Positions 39,779 to 53,580 of a DNA stretch of 64,000 nt are shown here, piece after piece. The DNA lies in NCBI GenBank assembly GCA_017499595.2, contig CM039004.1, positions 1,736,001-1,800,000 of the forward strand. Reading direction: 5' to 3'. Both the position numbers and the translations under genes were made by a program. The DNA is from Psilocybe cubensis. Taxonomy: Eukaryota. Every line of letters begins with the position of its first letter. Within the stretch, counting starts at the first letter, position 1. The notes under the pieces were generated by a model. It had not been told where the DNA came from, made no database searches, and saw only the letters and a list, made by a program, of their open reading frames with translations.

Positions 39779-40666
39779 TTAGGAGGGGGCAGTACCTATC
39801 GCGGGAATGGTCAGTGGACCACTAGCATTACTGGCACACTATGAATCTTACCTTTATTTCCGCAACCTACAGATGGCCAGTTTCCTGCTGACTCTCCAGA
39901 GAGGCATGCTCCGTTGAACTGGGACCCGCCGTCAGAACCAGACCACTGGCTACACGACACCTCAGTGAAAGTCCCAGTTAGAGCACCGTGCCCGCTTGGG
40001 AAGAAAGCATTTGCTCCTCCAGTATCCTCACAGATGTCGAAGCTGGAGACACACACAGGTGAATGTCAACGGCTGGAAAAGATGTCATAGAGCTCACTGG
40101 AATGGCTTTCCGTGCTGGTTATTTTGGTTCGATGTCGTCTGACCGCACCACTCCTATCATAATGCCAGTCCCCACAATTTATTAAAAACGTCAACATTGG
40201 AGTTTTATTCTCACCTGATTTCCTTGAACTGGACTATTGATTCCTAGGTTCAGATCTTTTTCTCAAGAATCAAACAGCCCCTTACCAAAGATCGGTTACT
40301 TTGACGACGATGGTGTGGAATGGTCCAGTGAATTGAGGAGAGAATGGGTCTGACTGTCCTGTAATTGCGAAGCACCGTCCGCAAGCATCTCCTGCTCCAG
40401 ATCCAGGAGCAGATCCAAAAGCCAATTGATTCATTGCAGCTGTGAAGCCACTGCCTGTCTTGCCGCAAGCTAATGATTGGTCATCAATTTATGAAATCTC
40501 TTGAAATTTGTACACGGTGTATACCGGGGCTACCACATCCAGAGTAGTGGGTGAAGGAGGCTGCGCCAGAGGGGTTCTGAATATAACCACCAGTTGCTCT
40601 TTCTTCTAGGGCAGCTGCGTTGACACCAAACAGTCCACTGAGAATGAAGAGGGATGAAAACAACAT
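39779..40666 (-). CDS. GH45 subfamily C endoglucanase (PcCel45A-like)
   Basis: Signal peptide; ATGGYIQNPSGAASFTHYSGCGSPACG; GDACGRCF; IVVKVTDL; FDICEDTG; GACLSGESAGNWP. Confidence 0.88.
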
Positions 40667-41215
40667 TTTGCGACTGATGCTCGACGAAACGAGACCGGTT
40701 ATTTTATACCCATACAAGTGTGGCGCCTAATTCTCGGAGATGTCAAGGGTTATATCCATAGAACTCCTCTGGCCACAAGATTCAGCGAGAAAATAGTAGG
40801 AAGACACTATTTATAAATGCACCAATAGTTTTTCCTGTACCAAACTGTCATGTGAAGGGAACAGAAGTTGAAATATGACCGGTGCTGTTCTGGAGGATCG
40901 AAGCATGACATAGTCTCTTCCTAGCAAAAGAAGCAAGCAGAATCTTCAAGTTGGAGTATCGTCGGTGAGTACACAGAGGGGCGGATGCCAACGGAATTGT
41001 GAAAGAAAGCAAAGGAGGTTGACCTATCGCGTCCACAAGTGGTAGGCAGGGCAGGAGAATATTTGTGCAATTCTTAACTCAATGCGTGTCGATATTTGAT
41101 CCAATCGATACCCATGTTAGTGGACCAACATTCTGGTTGGGTCTGGCCGAGTTCTACAAACGACAAAATAATTAATGTAATGGATATATTGCCTTCACAA
41201 CCAGAGACAGTGCTT

Positions 41216-41929
41216 CTATGAACTCTCTTCTTCCTTTTTGACACCATACTTTGCAGGGTCGGAACCATGGTGGGTGTGATTTACAAAGTTGAACCTGAGT
41301 AGGTATAGTCAGTAGTTTCCTGGCATGCGAGGATATTTGTTAAATACATTGGCAAAACACCTAAACAATGAGATAAACAAAAATGGATAAAAGTAACAAA
41401 ATCAATTAAGCTCACCGAAGTTGAGTTGCGACCACGTAGAATTCGAGGCCGCAGCTTGTTGCACCCAAGCTGGTTGAGGGGAGTTGCCGTATAGTGATTT
41501 CCCATCTTGGGCACGCTCCCTAAGCTCAGCCAAATCCAACTCTTCCTCTCTTTTATTTTCCGACCAGCCCCAGAAGCGATCTAAATTGCAAAGTTAACTT
41601 CCACGAGATGTAAACAAAATAACGAGGCAAACAAGTTGATCTCTGGTATGCAAGTAAGAAACCGGCAGTAAAGCCCAGGAATCCACCAAGTTTCAGGGAG
41701 GTTTTCAATCTAATTTTGCTGGGGTCCGCCATTTCTATTGCATAATTAGAAAACGGAGAAAACCGCTCGTTGGACAAGGCGTACCCCAAGCTACGAGAGC
41801 GGCTGGGAATGCAGCTGTAGAACCGGCCCACAGAGCATAGTCCGAGGGTCTCATGTACCTGACAACACGAGAGGCATGGGGATCTGAATCGATAAGAGGG
41901 TATTCTGTCTTGACGACCTTGTTTAACAT
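41216..41929 (-). CDS. NADH:ubiquinone oxidoreductase 20.9/21 kDa accessory subunit (NUXM)
   Basis: YPLIDSDPH..RVVRYMRPSDY; GFLLAYQRS..RFWGWSEN; NSTWSQL; NHTHHGSDPAKY. Confidence 0.88.
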
Positions 41930-42153
41930 GGTGGACTGGTGGACTTTCTATTGCAAAGCGGAGAATACGGAGTGCAACAGCAGGGAACAAGGCAAAGAAT
42001 GGTCACGTGCATGACCTGCCCTAAGGTTCCATTACCCATTGGCCTGCCAGTGGCACCTGCAAACAGCACAACAAAAATATAAGAGCCAGCCTCGTTGCTG
42101 CTGCTGACATCCCTTATTTTCTGTTCCCTTTACCAGGGTTGCTGTCGCCAAGT

Positions 42154-45084
42154 ATGAGCGCCATTCGAAACAACTCGAATCGCGCAGAGGCACGCAAGAG
42201 TAGGGCCACCCCTTACGCTCGCATTGTGGTGAGATTTGTTGTTGGTTTTTCCGGTTTCAACCATGCTGAAGATGAAAATCAGGTCAACAAGGTTTTTCGA
42301 TTTCTCGGATTTGTACCTGCAGACGAAGCTCAGGAATTGCGCGAACAACATCTCAATGGGACCTCGGAAACTGGCACAGACTCGTCCAAAGAACTCGTGA
42401 GTACCGCATTTATCCTTGTCATTTGTTGTTATCGTTATTCAATCATCAATAGCAAAATTGCACATCAGAGAATCGCCTTCAAAACATCAATGATAGTGGA
42501 CAGTCTGTTAAGCCCCCACATGCTAATGGTTCACGGGATCCCTTGACGGCTGCAAGCTCCTTCAATGCCGCGCCTGATCCTATTCCAACAACTGCACCAG
42601 TACCAGCCCACAAACTTGAGCGATCAACCTCTGAGCGGTATATGGTTGTTGACAAGCGTACGTGCTCATGCATAGTTTTGATTTACTCCTTCTAACTTGT
42701 CTGTTATTGTATAGCCCAACCACGATTTACATTTACGTATACGGCCCCAGGATCTTCATCCTTTTCTTCACTGTCAGAGCTTGCGCGCGACCAAACCCCC
42801 ACATCTTCCGCAAAAAAGAAGCTGGAAAGGAATCCTAACGGCATCTATCGCTGGGAGGGTGGTGGAAGTGCGAAACGCCCACGGAATCGATTCTCCTCTC
42901 CTGCTTTTGGCGCTTCTCCTGTGAAACCTTCACGCTCAGTTGTGACAGATAATACTCCTCTTGGAACAAATCCCCTGTCAGACACGAAACGACAGAAAGT
43001 AGATGAACGACCACAAACACCACCTCTCCCTTTCCCTCTTGCAGGTTCTCCTTCATCTTCACAAACCAATGGCGCCGACAACCTTCCAGCGCCGCGTCCA
43101 AATGGCACTATTGCAAAGCCAAGGGAGAGCTCGCCTGTTTCACGCCTTCGAACTCCCGCAAAGCCCACTGCGCCAGCCAATCCGTCACCATTAAGGCAGG
43201 CGTGGTCAGATCCAGCGCCTTCCCCAAATGATTCTAAAGCCGGTTCTTCTCAAGCAAATTCGTCTTCTCAGCCCAAACAATCAAAGACGGCGAACTTAAT
43301 GGCAGAATTGATTAAAGAAACCACGCCAGCGAAGAAGCCTGACCTTAGTAATCCATATCAAACTGCTAGTCCTCTTGCTAAAATCGGTCCTCCTCGACGA
43401 GGAAATAAGCGCACACGCGTAACTGGTAAACCTACTGCTTCTGCCAAGGATAAAAGTGGTAGTGAACAGAAGGCAGACACGAAGAAAGAAAAAGACTTGA
43501 GTGAATACTCACAGCAGGCTATTATCGAAGCGACTCTGCCCAAGGTATTTTTTCTGTTGTTCCTTTTCAGAAAGAATGTATATGTTAACCAATTTCTAGG
43601 GAAGCAAGCGATCTCGTCCTCCTGCCCATTTTGACAATGCTGCTGCTTCATCATCAAACGGAAGTCAGCCTGCTGACCGACGTGAGCTTCCTGTCACTGA
43701 GACTGGAAAACAGGTCTATACAGTGGAAGAACCTGAGGCAGATGATGAAGAATCACCTCGCAAAAAGGCTAAGCCAACTTTGAACGACAACGGTCTTCCC
43801 TCATCTTTTGCGCGTCAGTCACCATCTGCCCCAATGCCGGATGTTACTATCGAGGAAATTGGTGATGTCGTGATGGACAACACTAAAGAAAAGGAGAAGG
43901 AAGTCCCCAAGGTGATTATACCTACTCAGAGTAACGAATCTTCTACCAGTGCTGGAAGTCCAACTACCCGCAATCCATTTGGAGGATTTAAGCCCAGCTC
44001 GATACCAAAGGAACCCAGCAAACTCAGATTCAGCTTTCAGGCAGAGGGTACCTCTGCGCCTCCATCTCCTGCACCTCCTGGATCAGCTCCGCTTCCTCAA
44101 TCAACCCCTCCCGCGCTGCCTAAATCTGATTTCAAGTTCTCCCCTCCTTCGGGCAATTTTGAATTCAAATTCAAAGCTGAGGAAAAACCCATTAGCCCTA
44201 CATCGCAACCTGAGGCCACCAAGACAGCCGTCGATGGCTCTCGGGATGCTGAAGTTAAAGCCAAAGTTCGGGCTCTGAACCCATCTATGTTGCCAGTGTT
44301 CAACATCAATCTGAATAGCACGAGCAAGTACCCGGACACTGAGGAGCATGTCAGCGCCAGGAATCGAGTGAAATCACTTTCTCAAACTTCTCTTCCTGTT
44401 TTCGAATTTGGTCTATCCAAGTCCGTTCCCTTTTCCTTCGGCTTCGATCCGTCGAAGCCTACGTCTCCTTCACCATCAACTCGTCAATCCACCCCTCCTA
44501 AGCTCACAAAATCTTTCGAGAGTAACAGCGGTATATCCCTCCCAAAGGCCCCCGTACCCGTGTTCACTTTTGCAGACTTTGGCAAAGCCTCAACCCCAGT
44601 GGCTGAATCGTCCCAGCCTTCTGCTCCTCCAGTTAAAGGGTTCGACTTCGCAGCCGCTGGTATGAAAGTACCAACTGTCGGTAAAGATACTTGGCAATGT
44701 TCTCTCTGTTCTCTGTCAAACCCTTCGACAGCGAACAAGTGTGAGACTTGTGAAGCGCCAAATCCAAAGGCGACTCCGGTAGCACCTACAGTGAAAGGGT
44801 TCGATTTCGCTGCGGCAGGTATGAAGATGCCATCTGTCAACAAAGATACTTGGCAGTGTTCACTGTGTAGTTTGTCGAATCCTACATCGGCAACCAAGTG
44901 TGAGACATGTGAAACACCGAATCCGAAGGCGGCCCCCGCTGCACCACCAGCCAAAGGCTTTGATTATGCTGCGGCAGGAATGAAGGCACCTACTGTGAGC
45001 AAAGGCACTTGGACATGCTCTTTGTGTGGACTTTCCAGTCCAGAATCAGCATCTCAGTGTGTGACATGCGACAATCCCCGGTGA
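42154..45084 (+). CDS. nuclear-basket nucleoporin-like protein with FxF motifs and three RanBP2-type zinc fingers
   Basis: N-terminal basic R..PY segment and amphipathic stretch; FSF/FKF/FEF motifs; 3x W.C.LC...N.....C..C..P. Confidence 0.75.
44632..45084 (+). repeat. three ~159-bp (53-aa) coding repeats KGFDFAAAGMK..P...TWQCSLC
   Basis: Units start at 44632, 44791 and 44950. Confidence 0.9.
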
Positions 45085-45436
45085 CCGTAGTACCTGCCCC
45101 AACTTGCTTCCACCCACTTTGTGCCCATGATAATGCCCTATCTCGATTATTCTGCTATCCTCGTATTTTTCCATTCTCGTTTTCATGTCCTTTTTCTGGC
45201 CTTCATTGCATTGGACCCTGAATTAATGTTGTCACAACACCTTTTACGCACCCATTTCATCCTTGCACTATTGCTATCCATGACTGTTTGTATTTGTACA
45301 TTTTCATTTTCATTTCCCCTTGTCATTGTTATACTTTGGTAGAGACAAATTATCTTCTCCGGACCAATTGGCTTTGTTCTACCTGTTCCGTCTGAAAACC
45401 TGAAGTGAGTGCCAATGCATACGACCAATCCTAAGT

Positions 45437-46947
45437 TCAAGACCCAGGTGTATGTCTGGAAAAATCTAGTCGGCGCGCAATAGAACGACCTTTGCCTTCC
45501 CCATCGGCCGGAGATGTCAATTTCCGCTTTAGGGCACCATTGCGTGCTTTTACGCCAGGTCCTGTGCTATTCATTTCCACATTTCCATCAACTTCCTCCA
45601 GCGGTCGGGAAGAGTTGAAGTGCGTGGAACATTTTGGAAGCTTCGAAGGGAATGTGGGATAAGGGAGCGCAAAGAAATAAGGGTGGTTGAGTGCCTGCAA
45701 ATTGAACATATGAAAATCTGTAGATATAAGGTTAGATGGATTATGTACTTCTCGGGCTGTGATGCGTTTCCGAGGTTCGTAGATGAGGCACTTGCTCAGC
45801 AAGTTCAATGTATCAGCACTTGCTGCTGTAAATAAATCCCGCAGAGGTGTCTTGGGGAATTGTCCTACTGGTACGTAGTCTGGTAACTTCGTATGACCCT
45901 GCGTATGGAGTTCAACAACACTAACTTGACTGAGATGGTTTGACGCTTACTGGCCATTCTTCCTCGGTAGGTGTTCCTAGAGCTCTAAATATCGTTTTGA
46001 GTTGGTCCATGTCACTCTCGCCAGGTAAATAAGGTATTCGCAACATAAGTTCCGCGAATATGCATCCAACAGACCAAATGTCAACAGCCGAGCTATAATA
46101 ACGACTTCCAAACAAGAGCTCTGGCGGACGATACCACCTATCGTGCGGTTGAAGGGTCAGTATCGTCATATGAAATAATAATGGGACAAACGTACCTGGT
46201 GATGACCTGGCAAGTCATTTTGTACCCTGGGTCAGCAAAGTCTCGTGCTAGACCGAAATCTGCGATTTTGAGCTCTCCGTCAGAAGAGATCAATAAATTG
46301 TTCGGTTTGAGATCCTGAAAAGTAGTTCAGAATGCAGGGCTTCCGTATGAGATGAACGACAAACTCGATGCAGCACGAAATTTCTATGGCAAAATTCTAG
46401 ACCCCGGAAAGTCATTGCCATCCAGCTTTTGATGTCTGCTGGGAGGAAGACTAAAGTTTTATCTCTTATAATCATTTCGAGATCTGAATCCAGAAATTCA
46501 AGGACCAGATTTAGATTGGTTTTTGACGAGAAAACATCAAGTAACTGCAAGGGAAGGCTCTTATTATGAGTTCTTTTCAGAGTATGAGAGAACATACCTC
46601 GATGACGTTCTGATGCTTCAATTCCCTCAGGTATTTGACCTCGCGAATGGCTGACATATCCAAGCCATCTTTGAACTGGCCGACTTTGATCTTTTTAATA
46701 GCCACTTTGCGTCCAGTAGACGCCTCCCTTCCTGACAAGACAAGAAGAAATAGTTGTCTCAGGAAAGAAAGCTTCTTTTTTGTGCGAAGAGATAGTTACC
46801 CTGATATACAACTGCGTATGTTCCTTCTCCAACTTTCCTATCTTTCACCCTGGATAAACAGAGTCGGTGGGGATAAAAAGACAATGGATGACTGCATATT
46901 TACCATCGCTTCTGCCTTTCAGTGTTGGCCTTTTCGACAGCGTCCAT
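45437..46947 (-). CDS. KIN28: CDK7/Kin28 TFIIH kinase
   Basis: [54 protein letters not shown]. Confidence 0.93.
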
Positions 46948-47336
46948 TCTACCAGCGCAAATTGAGATTGTTGAGGTGAAAAAGTACAAATGATTATCAG
47001 GCCTTATCAAGGGCCGCTCTAGCAAATGTATGATAGGGTGGTTTCGCTAACTAGCAAGCCATGCTTTTGACTGCAGGCTACAGTGACGGTAAACGTTAAT
47101 GGGCCTTTGCAAGCTTGATATATTAAGGCACACTTCCTTTTGCAGCAAATCTACCTTATTCCCATGCACGTGATTAGCGCGCCCACGAGGCAGCTGTTCG
47201 ACTTCAATTGCCAACTCTGGTTGATTTCAACTTGGCTTTCATATGCTTGTGCTACCTGGTGCAAGGTGTTGGATGCTTTTGCCTTGATATATTTCTTGTA
47301 CACTTCACTTCATTTTTTTACTTCTTTTTGTAGATC

Positions 47337-48117
47337 ATGCCATTCTTCAAGGATCATTACGAGGTGCTCGGAATCGAGTCTGATGCTTCTAATGACGAAA
47401 GTAAGTTATTCCTGACGCATATATTCCCTTTCCCTGGTTTACACCGACGGCTCATGTAGTTAGGAAAGCCTACCACAAGAGGGCTCTTCAGACACATCCG
47501 GACAAGCTCGACCCCAATGCATCTGAGTCTGATAAACAGCATGCCGAGGAAGAGTTTCGCAAGGTATTTATCCCGGCTCAGTATCGATTCTGATAATGAT
47601 TCTCAACCAATCTACAATGCTTCAGGTGTATGAAGCTTTCGAAGTTCTTGGTGATGCAATCAAGCGGAAGGTAGTCCTTTCCTCAATTACATCTTCAATC
47701 GTGTGGTCCTAATCTGTGTTGGCTTAGGCTTACGACATTCGCATGAAGGCTAGAGCTAATCCTACGCGTATATCTGAAGAGGCCGCGCGCAGGGTGAAAG
47801 AACGGAAGGAATGGGCTCTTCGTCAACATCAGGAGAAGCTAAACCGTGCTGCTCAGCTGGAACGCGAGAAACGTGAAAAACAGGAAGCACTGGTAAATAT
47901 GAAAATGAAAAAGGAAGCCGCCATGGTGTCAGAGCTGCTTAAAGCGATGTATCAGTCAAACCCAGAGTTTGCTAAAAGGAGAGAAGCCGCCCTCCAGGTG
48001 AGTGCTAGTAATTTTGTGCACGCGTGGATAATCTCATTCTTTTTTATTCCACAGCGCAAGGCAGAGCGTGAACGGGCTGAAATGTTTAAGCATTCTCAAC
48101 ACTCAATTCACTCTTAG
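47337..48117 (+). CDS. small J-domain (DnaJ) protein with coiled-coil tail
   Basis: DHYEVLGIESDASNDE|IRKAYHKRALQTHPDK...F.KVYEAFEVLGD..KR.AYD. Confidence 0.85.
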
Positions 48118-48224
48118 TTATGATTTATGTGGAAGGATTTTATGACTTACAGGTCAATTCGCTCTTTGTAAACATTATTGGACTTATGTATGCTATGAAT
48201 GCCATGTTTTCGCTTTACTATATA

Positions 48225-48833
48225 TCAATGAACACCCAATGCCCCGAGCCTACTCTTTGCAATTTGTCCAACGTCGTAGACTGCGCGGCTTAGTTCCTTT
48301 CTCCACTCATCGCCTTCGACATCAATTGGTGATATGCTTTCCACCTCTGGGTCCACATCTGATAATGAATGAGAAATTCCAAGCATGCTCTCCATCTCTT
48401 CGGCAATGGCAGCACGGTTTCGTCCGTTGACAAAGGTAATATACCGCAGGCCGGGGTATTTACGTTCGTAGCATGCATTCAGGTGCTGCAAACGAGCCAA
48501 GACCTCTGGCGGTGTCGGCTTCAATCCTTGAGCACCTTGCTCGCTTGCACTAAGTGTCGAGAGGTTCTTGCTCTCTCCGATGCGGGGGTGCCCAGATATA
48601 AACTCCGACTGCGCTGTAACGTCCCACTTTTCGATTTCTTCCAAAGCATCATTGATTAGGTCCGTATATGATATGACTGAAGACTTGGACTTGAGAACGG
48701 CGGAAAGTTGCGGCTCAAGGACATTGATCAAGATAGGAGAGCGTTCGAAGAGGACCTCTAAGGCGACGGCGAGAGGCGAAGACGGTCCTGACGGCTCGGT
48801 TTGGATATCTTCTATTGCTGGTAACGCGCTCAT
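48225..48833 (-). CDS. OHCU decarboxylase (urate to allantoin pathway)
   Basis: LFERSP; FISGHPRIG; SASEQ; LNACYERKYPGLRYITFVNGR; IAKSRL. Confidence 0.88.
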   Translation of the reverse strand: MSALPAIEDIQTEPSGPSSPLAVALEVLFERSPILINVLEPQLSAVLKSKSSVISYTDLINDALEEIEKWDVTAQSEFISGHPRIGESKNLSTLSASEQGAQGLKPTPPEVLARLQHLNACYERKYPGLRYITFVNGRNRAAIAEEMESMLGISHSLSDVDPEVESISPIDVEGDEWRKELSRAVYDVGQIAKSRLGALGVH

Positions 48834-49112
48834 TGTATGTTGACTGTAGCGCAGCTGTACACGGCGGGACCTTCGCCACTGTTTTTTTGGCGTCGATCGG
48901 AGTTACAAATAAATACGTTTAGATTTACAAAATAAAACCAAATTTAATACTGAAAATTAGCATCCGTCGGCGATGTGTTTAGCCGCGTTAAAAATCACAA
49001 AATAACCAGTGCGTCAATGAGTCTCTGTTTTATAGCTTCAAATCCACTTCCTTACCACAGTCGTGTTCTGATTCTTTTTTTTTGTGGCAGCTAATTTGAC
49101 GGCAGCCTAATA

Positions 49113-52100
49113 ATGGTCTTCGGCATTGACCCTGCTGGTTAGTGACATCACTCTCGGTCCACCTTACTACTCGGCTGAATTAAGAATAGTCGTTCAACGA
49201 CAAGTTGTACACGGTCAAACACTCTATTATTGCCGGGTCTGTCAAGATACAAAAGGTCGCCAAAAACACCACCTCAATGAGCACTTCAACACCACAAAAC
49301 ACCAAACAGCTCTGCAGGCATTTCATACCAAAGAGAAATCCTCTGCTTCTTCACAAACCTCGTTGCCACCGGTTAACAAGTCCCTTTTGTTAGAGGACGC
49401 CTTACGTGCAATTCTTGTGTCTGCATCTCGTCAACCACACCAGCCTTTGTATCCTGCCAATGACCCTCGCCTTTCTAGGGTCTCGGCTGCACCTTCTTCA
49501 ACCACTTTGTCGACGGTCTCTCCACTCACCAGGATTGACTGGAATCTATTCAACGATGATGAAATTATGTCGGATCCATCTCCCATCGACTTTGCGTCTG
49601 CCCAAATATGTCAAGCTACTCTGGATTTTCTAAATTCTAATAACGAGAGTGATGGATCTGATGATGGTGGTGGCAGTCCTCCGCTTTCTGAGAGTAGCAA
49701 TGAGCAAGCCAATTCAGGTGTGTAACGTCTAAATAGCGCATATTGTTTGAGTCCTTAACTTTTAATCAGACACTGAACAAGTTGATAATGAATCTTTGCC
49801 CCGAAAACGTATGCGCGGTATTCACACCGACCCGGCTGAAGCTCGAAAATGGTATCTGTGGATTGATAAAATTGTGAGTCTTTGCCTGCCATCGGTTAGA
49901 TTTTCTGCTCAATCAATAAATCAGACTTGTTCTCTTGATGTTTTGATGCACCTTCCACGATCACTATTTTCACGTCGTCAGCTGGATTTATTTCTCTGGC
50001 TACTGCGTATCAATGGCGTCAACGATGTGCCTAGCGTTAAGGCTATGCAAGGCATTAACAAGGCATTGCAGAATTTGTGTGGAATTGAGACGAAGGAGTA
50101 CAAGGGCAAGCTGGGCAATGTATACTTTGTAAATTCTCTGTCTCAAATTCTTGCCCAGGTATGAATCTATATGTTACAAATGAATACTTTTGATTTCTAA
50201 CCAATCTGAATAGGAAATGTCTAATCCTCAAGTCCGACCGTTCCTTTACTTCTATCCTGAAGATACGGGCAAATCGATTAGCGAAACCTATCAAGCTTCG
50301 GGTTGGCTGCGTGAAATCAATCCTGAGGATGGTACTCCAATGATACGGCTCAATAATAATGATTTTTTCATCTTTGAACCAACTATGCTGATTGATGGAC
50401 GTTGCTGCATTCCTATTCAATGGTTTCTCCGAGAAGGTGTATTTTATGCCAAAGCCTGGCTTATGGAAGATACTCCTAGTGGTTGGGTTGTGTCCGAAGA
50501 TCGCGAAATCAAAATCACGCAAAGCCAATTGCTAAAGAATTTTATTCAGTTGTCAAAGGATCACTTGTTGTATAACTTGTCACACCCTTCACGAATATTT
50601 GGTATGGACTATATTTTATATATTTTATTCAATTTCTTATAAGTAAACAGGTGTGCGATCCATTCGGGGCCTGGGCTGTCGAAATGGACACGTACAGATC
50701 CTACTATTGGCAATCGTTGGCGTGTATTAGCAAAGGGATACCGAGTCTATTCTCTGCCGCTATGGATGTACTGTGACGATACGTCGGGAAACCAGTCCAA
50801 GAAGTGGAATAAGCACAACAGCTACCTATTTATTCTAGCTGGTCTTCCTCGCAAAAAGAGTTCACAAGAATACAATATCCATTTTCTATGCACTTCAGAT
50901 ATTGCGCCACCTCTAGAAATGCTTGATGGTGTGGTTGATCAACTTCAGTAAGTTGTCACTATCTTATATTTGCTGCACATATTCTAATCATTTTAACTTT
51001 AGATTGGCTCAAAAACATGGTATTTGGGTATGGGACTGTATACACAAAGAGGCCGTTATGATTTTTCCACCTGTATTTGCACTTCTGGGTGACAACCCTA
51101 TGCATAGCGAGTTTGCTTGTCATATTGGAATGCAAGGGAAATATTTTTGCCAGATTTGCTGGGCCAAAGGAGTTGACAGTCAAGAATGCCCACACAAAAA
51201 TCTTCCACATGACAGTTGTGCTCGACCCAACTTTCCTACCCTTTCAATCCATAGTGATGTTGATTCTGAAGATACCTTCACACGGCCTTCTCACAAACGG
51301 CGGAGGTACAAGGAGTCTATGGAGTCAATGCTTCGAAGGGTTAGTGATTTTATAAAGGTGCGTAAAAGTTGTTTTATAACAATTTATATTTTAATCACCT
51401 TTGATTCTAAGATTGGCAAACCGCGTCGCAAGAAAGAGACTATGGCTACTCTTGACTCTTTTTTGGAGCAAGCTAAGATGATTGGCACAAAATCAAAACT
51501 TAGAGCTGCAAAAACGGAAACTGGCATCAAGGATGTTTTCCAGGACTTCTTTATTGAAAAGCTTTTCAAATCTTATAAGGGAAAAGTTTCTACTCAGGCA
51601 AAGGAAAAAGCTCTTAAAGCGGCTGTCGATAAGCTTCCTGGAGACATCAAAAGTCCCGTATGGAAACTTGGTGCGATTGAAATATTTTGCTTTAATTTAC
51701 TAGCTAAATCTATATTCCAGGCTTGGATCCTCATCAGGACACTCCCGTCAAAATTCTGCATGTTGTATTGCTGGGTTTCGTTAAATATTTTTGGAGAGAC
51801 CTAGTTCAAAATCAGGTTACTCCTGCTAAAAAGCAAACTTTGATTATTCGTTTAAACAGCCTCAGTGTGGCAGGTCTAGGTATACCCACATTAAATGGCT
51901 CCACACTAGTGAACTATGCCGGGTCACTAACTGGTCGCGATTTCCGAATTATTGCTCAAGTAGCGCCATTTGTCATCTACAACATGGTTTCTCAGGAGGT
52001 TTATGATGCATGGGTGTCCCTATCTACGTTAGTTCCAGTTATTTGGCAGCCAGCAATCTCTAACATTGATGAGTACCTGGTGCGTCTTCATTGTGTCTTT

Positions 52101-53527
52101 CTTTAAATTGTTTTATTAAATTAAATCATGTTTTAGCCCAGATTAGAGGCCGACATCAAATACTTTTTGTTGAAAACGGCAACATGGACCTGCGCGTGGT
52201 TTAACAAAACCAAATTTCACATTATTCTTCATCTTCCAGAACATGTCCGTCGGTTTGGGCCAGCAATATTGTTTGCCACGGAATCGTTTGAGTCATTCAA
52301 TGCTATTATCCGTGCAAAAAGCATTCACAGTAATCACCAAGCACCTTCACATGATATTGCCCGTGGCTTTGCGCAAGGCAATCGGATTCGCCATCTTCTT
52401 AGTGGTGGTTTTTTTCTTCCACAAGAGCTTTATCAGTCTTGGAAAAAGGATCCAACAAATGTGGCTAATTCAGAGTGGCGCACTGCTGGACCTGGAGGTC
52501 TTCACCTTATTGATGCTCCAGACTCAACACCAGCTAGCTATTTGGGACTGCAGAAACCTGCTGCCAGTAAGGCTGGTAAGTTATATTTACAAATCTATAC
52601 TACTAGTGAGCGGTCTAATGCAATGGCCTAGGTTCATGCAAATCTAATGGCACAGATCCTCAACCATTTCATCGCACATTATGTGGCCAAAAGCTTCCCA
52701 ACATTGTGCTCAATACTGCAGCCAGCCAACAACTGTATGTAACCAATTCCCAGGTCTATCTGAGAAACGAGGATCTATGCACCATAGGACAGTTTGTCAT
52801 TGCCCAAATTCATCCATCCCAGCCGCCTCTGATAGGGTGTGTTCGAGAGATCTTGCAGCAGGTTGGCTCTCCAAACCATCTTCAAAACCGGCCCGATGGT
52901 ATTCTTATTCAAACAGCTTTACACCAACCGCCGTCGCACATATTGCCTGCTGGACAACTGCAGCCAGTTTTTATGCTCCGTCTGATTCTTCAGCAGGAAT
53001 GGTCCTTCATTCCGTGGAGTTGCCTTCTTTGCACCGTAAATACTCAACATGACTGTCAACGTCATGGATGCCAGGCAAATGGGCTACAATACATCTATCA
53101 AGAGCAAATACAAACTGATCAGACTAAGGCAACAATACTGCATCAAAACTCATTGGATGATATGCTCCTCCTCAATATGTGTCAAATGCGCGATGCTGCT
53201 CATCTCCAAAGTTTTCACCTCCACTCTGCCCCGTTAAACGAAGATGCTATAATTCAAAGAAGTGTGGCTCAAGCCATTGTTCAACGGAAGGTAGGAGAAG
53301 CCTCCCAATCAAGTACTTCCAAACCAACCAAAACACCAACAGCCGCCTTGAGACAACATGCCCAGAGCCCCTTGGGCACCCCTACTCTAGCAGCCACACC
53401 TTCTGGGGGTGTCAGTTTGCCTCAACATGCTTCAGCAGGAACATCTTCTGGAGGTGTTAGTTCACCTCGACGTAGCAGGCAAGCATCTGTGGTATATCCA
53501 GGTCAAATAACATTGGACTTTCGATAG
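49113..53527 (+). CDS. CACTA/CMC(Plavaka-like) DDE transposase, multi-exon, probably decaying
   Basis: N-terminal CxxC..H..H finger; YCDDTSGNQSKKWNKH; LLGDNPM..E; FCQIC; PVKILHVVLLG; KFHIILHLPEHVRRFGPAILFATESFESFN; NTQHDC. Confidence 0.85.
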
Positions 53528-53580
53528 AAGTAAAACCATACTGTATTTATTTACTAGAATTCTACAAGAAGAATAGCAGA

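Noticed and set aside
19850-40666. AA9 and GH45 as a cellulolytic gene cluster
   Set aside because: They are ~19 kb apart and separated by unrelated housekeeping genes
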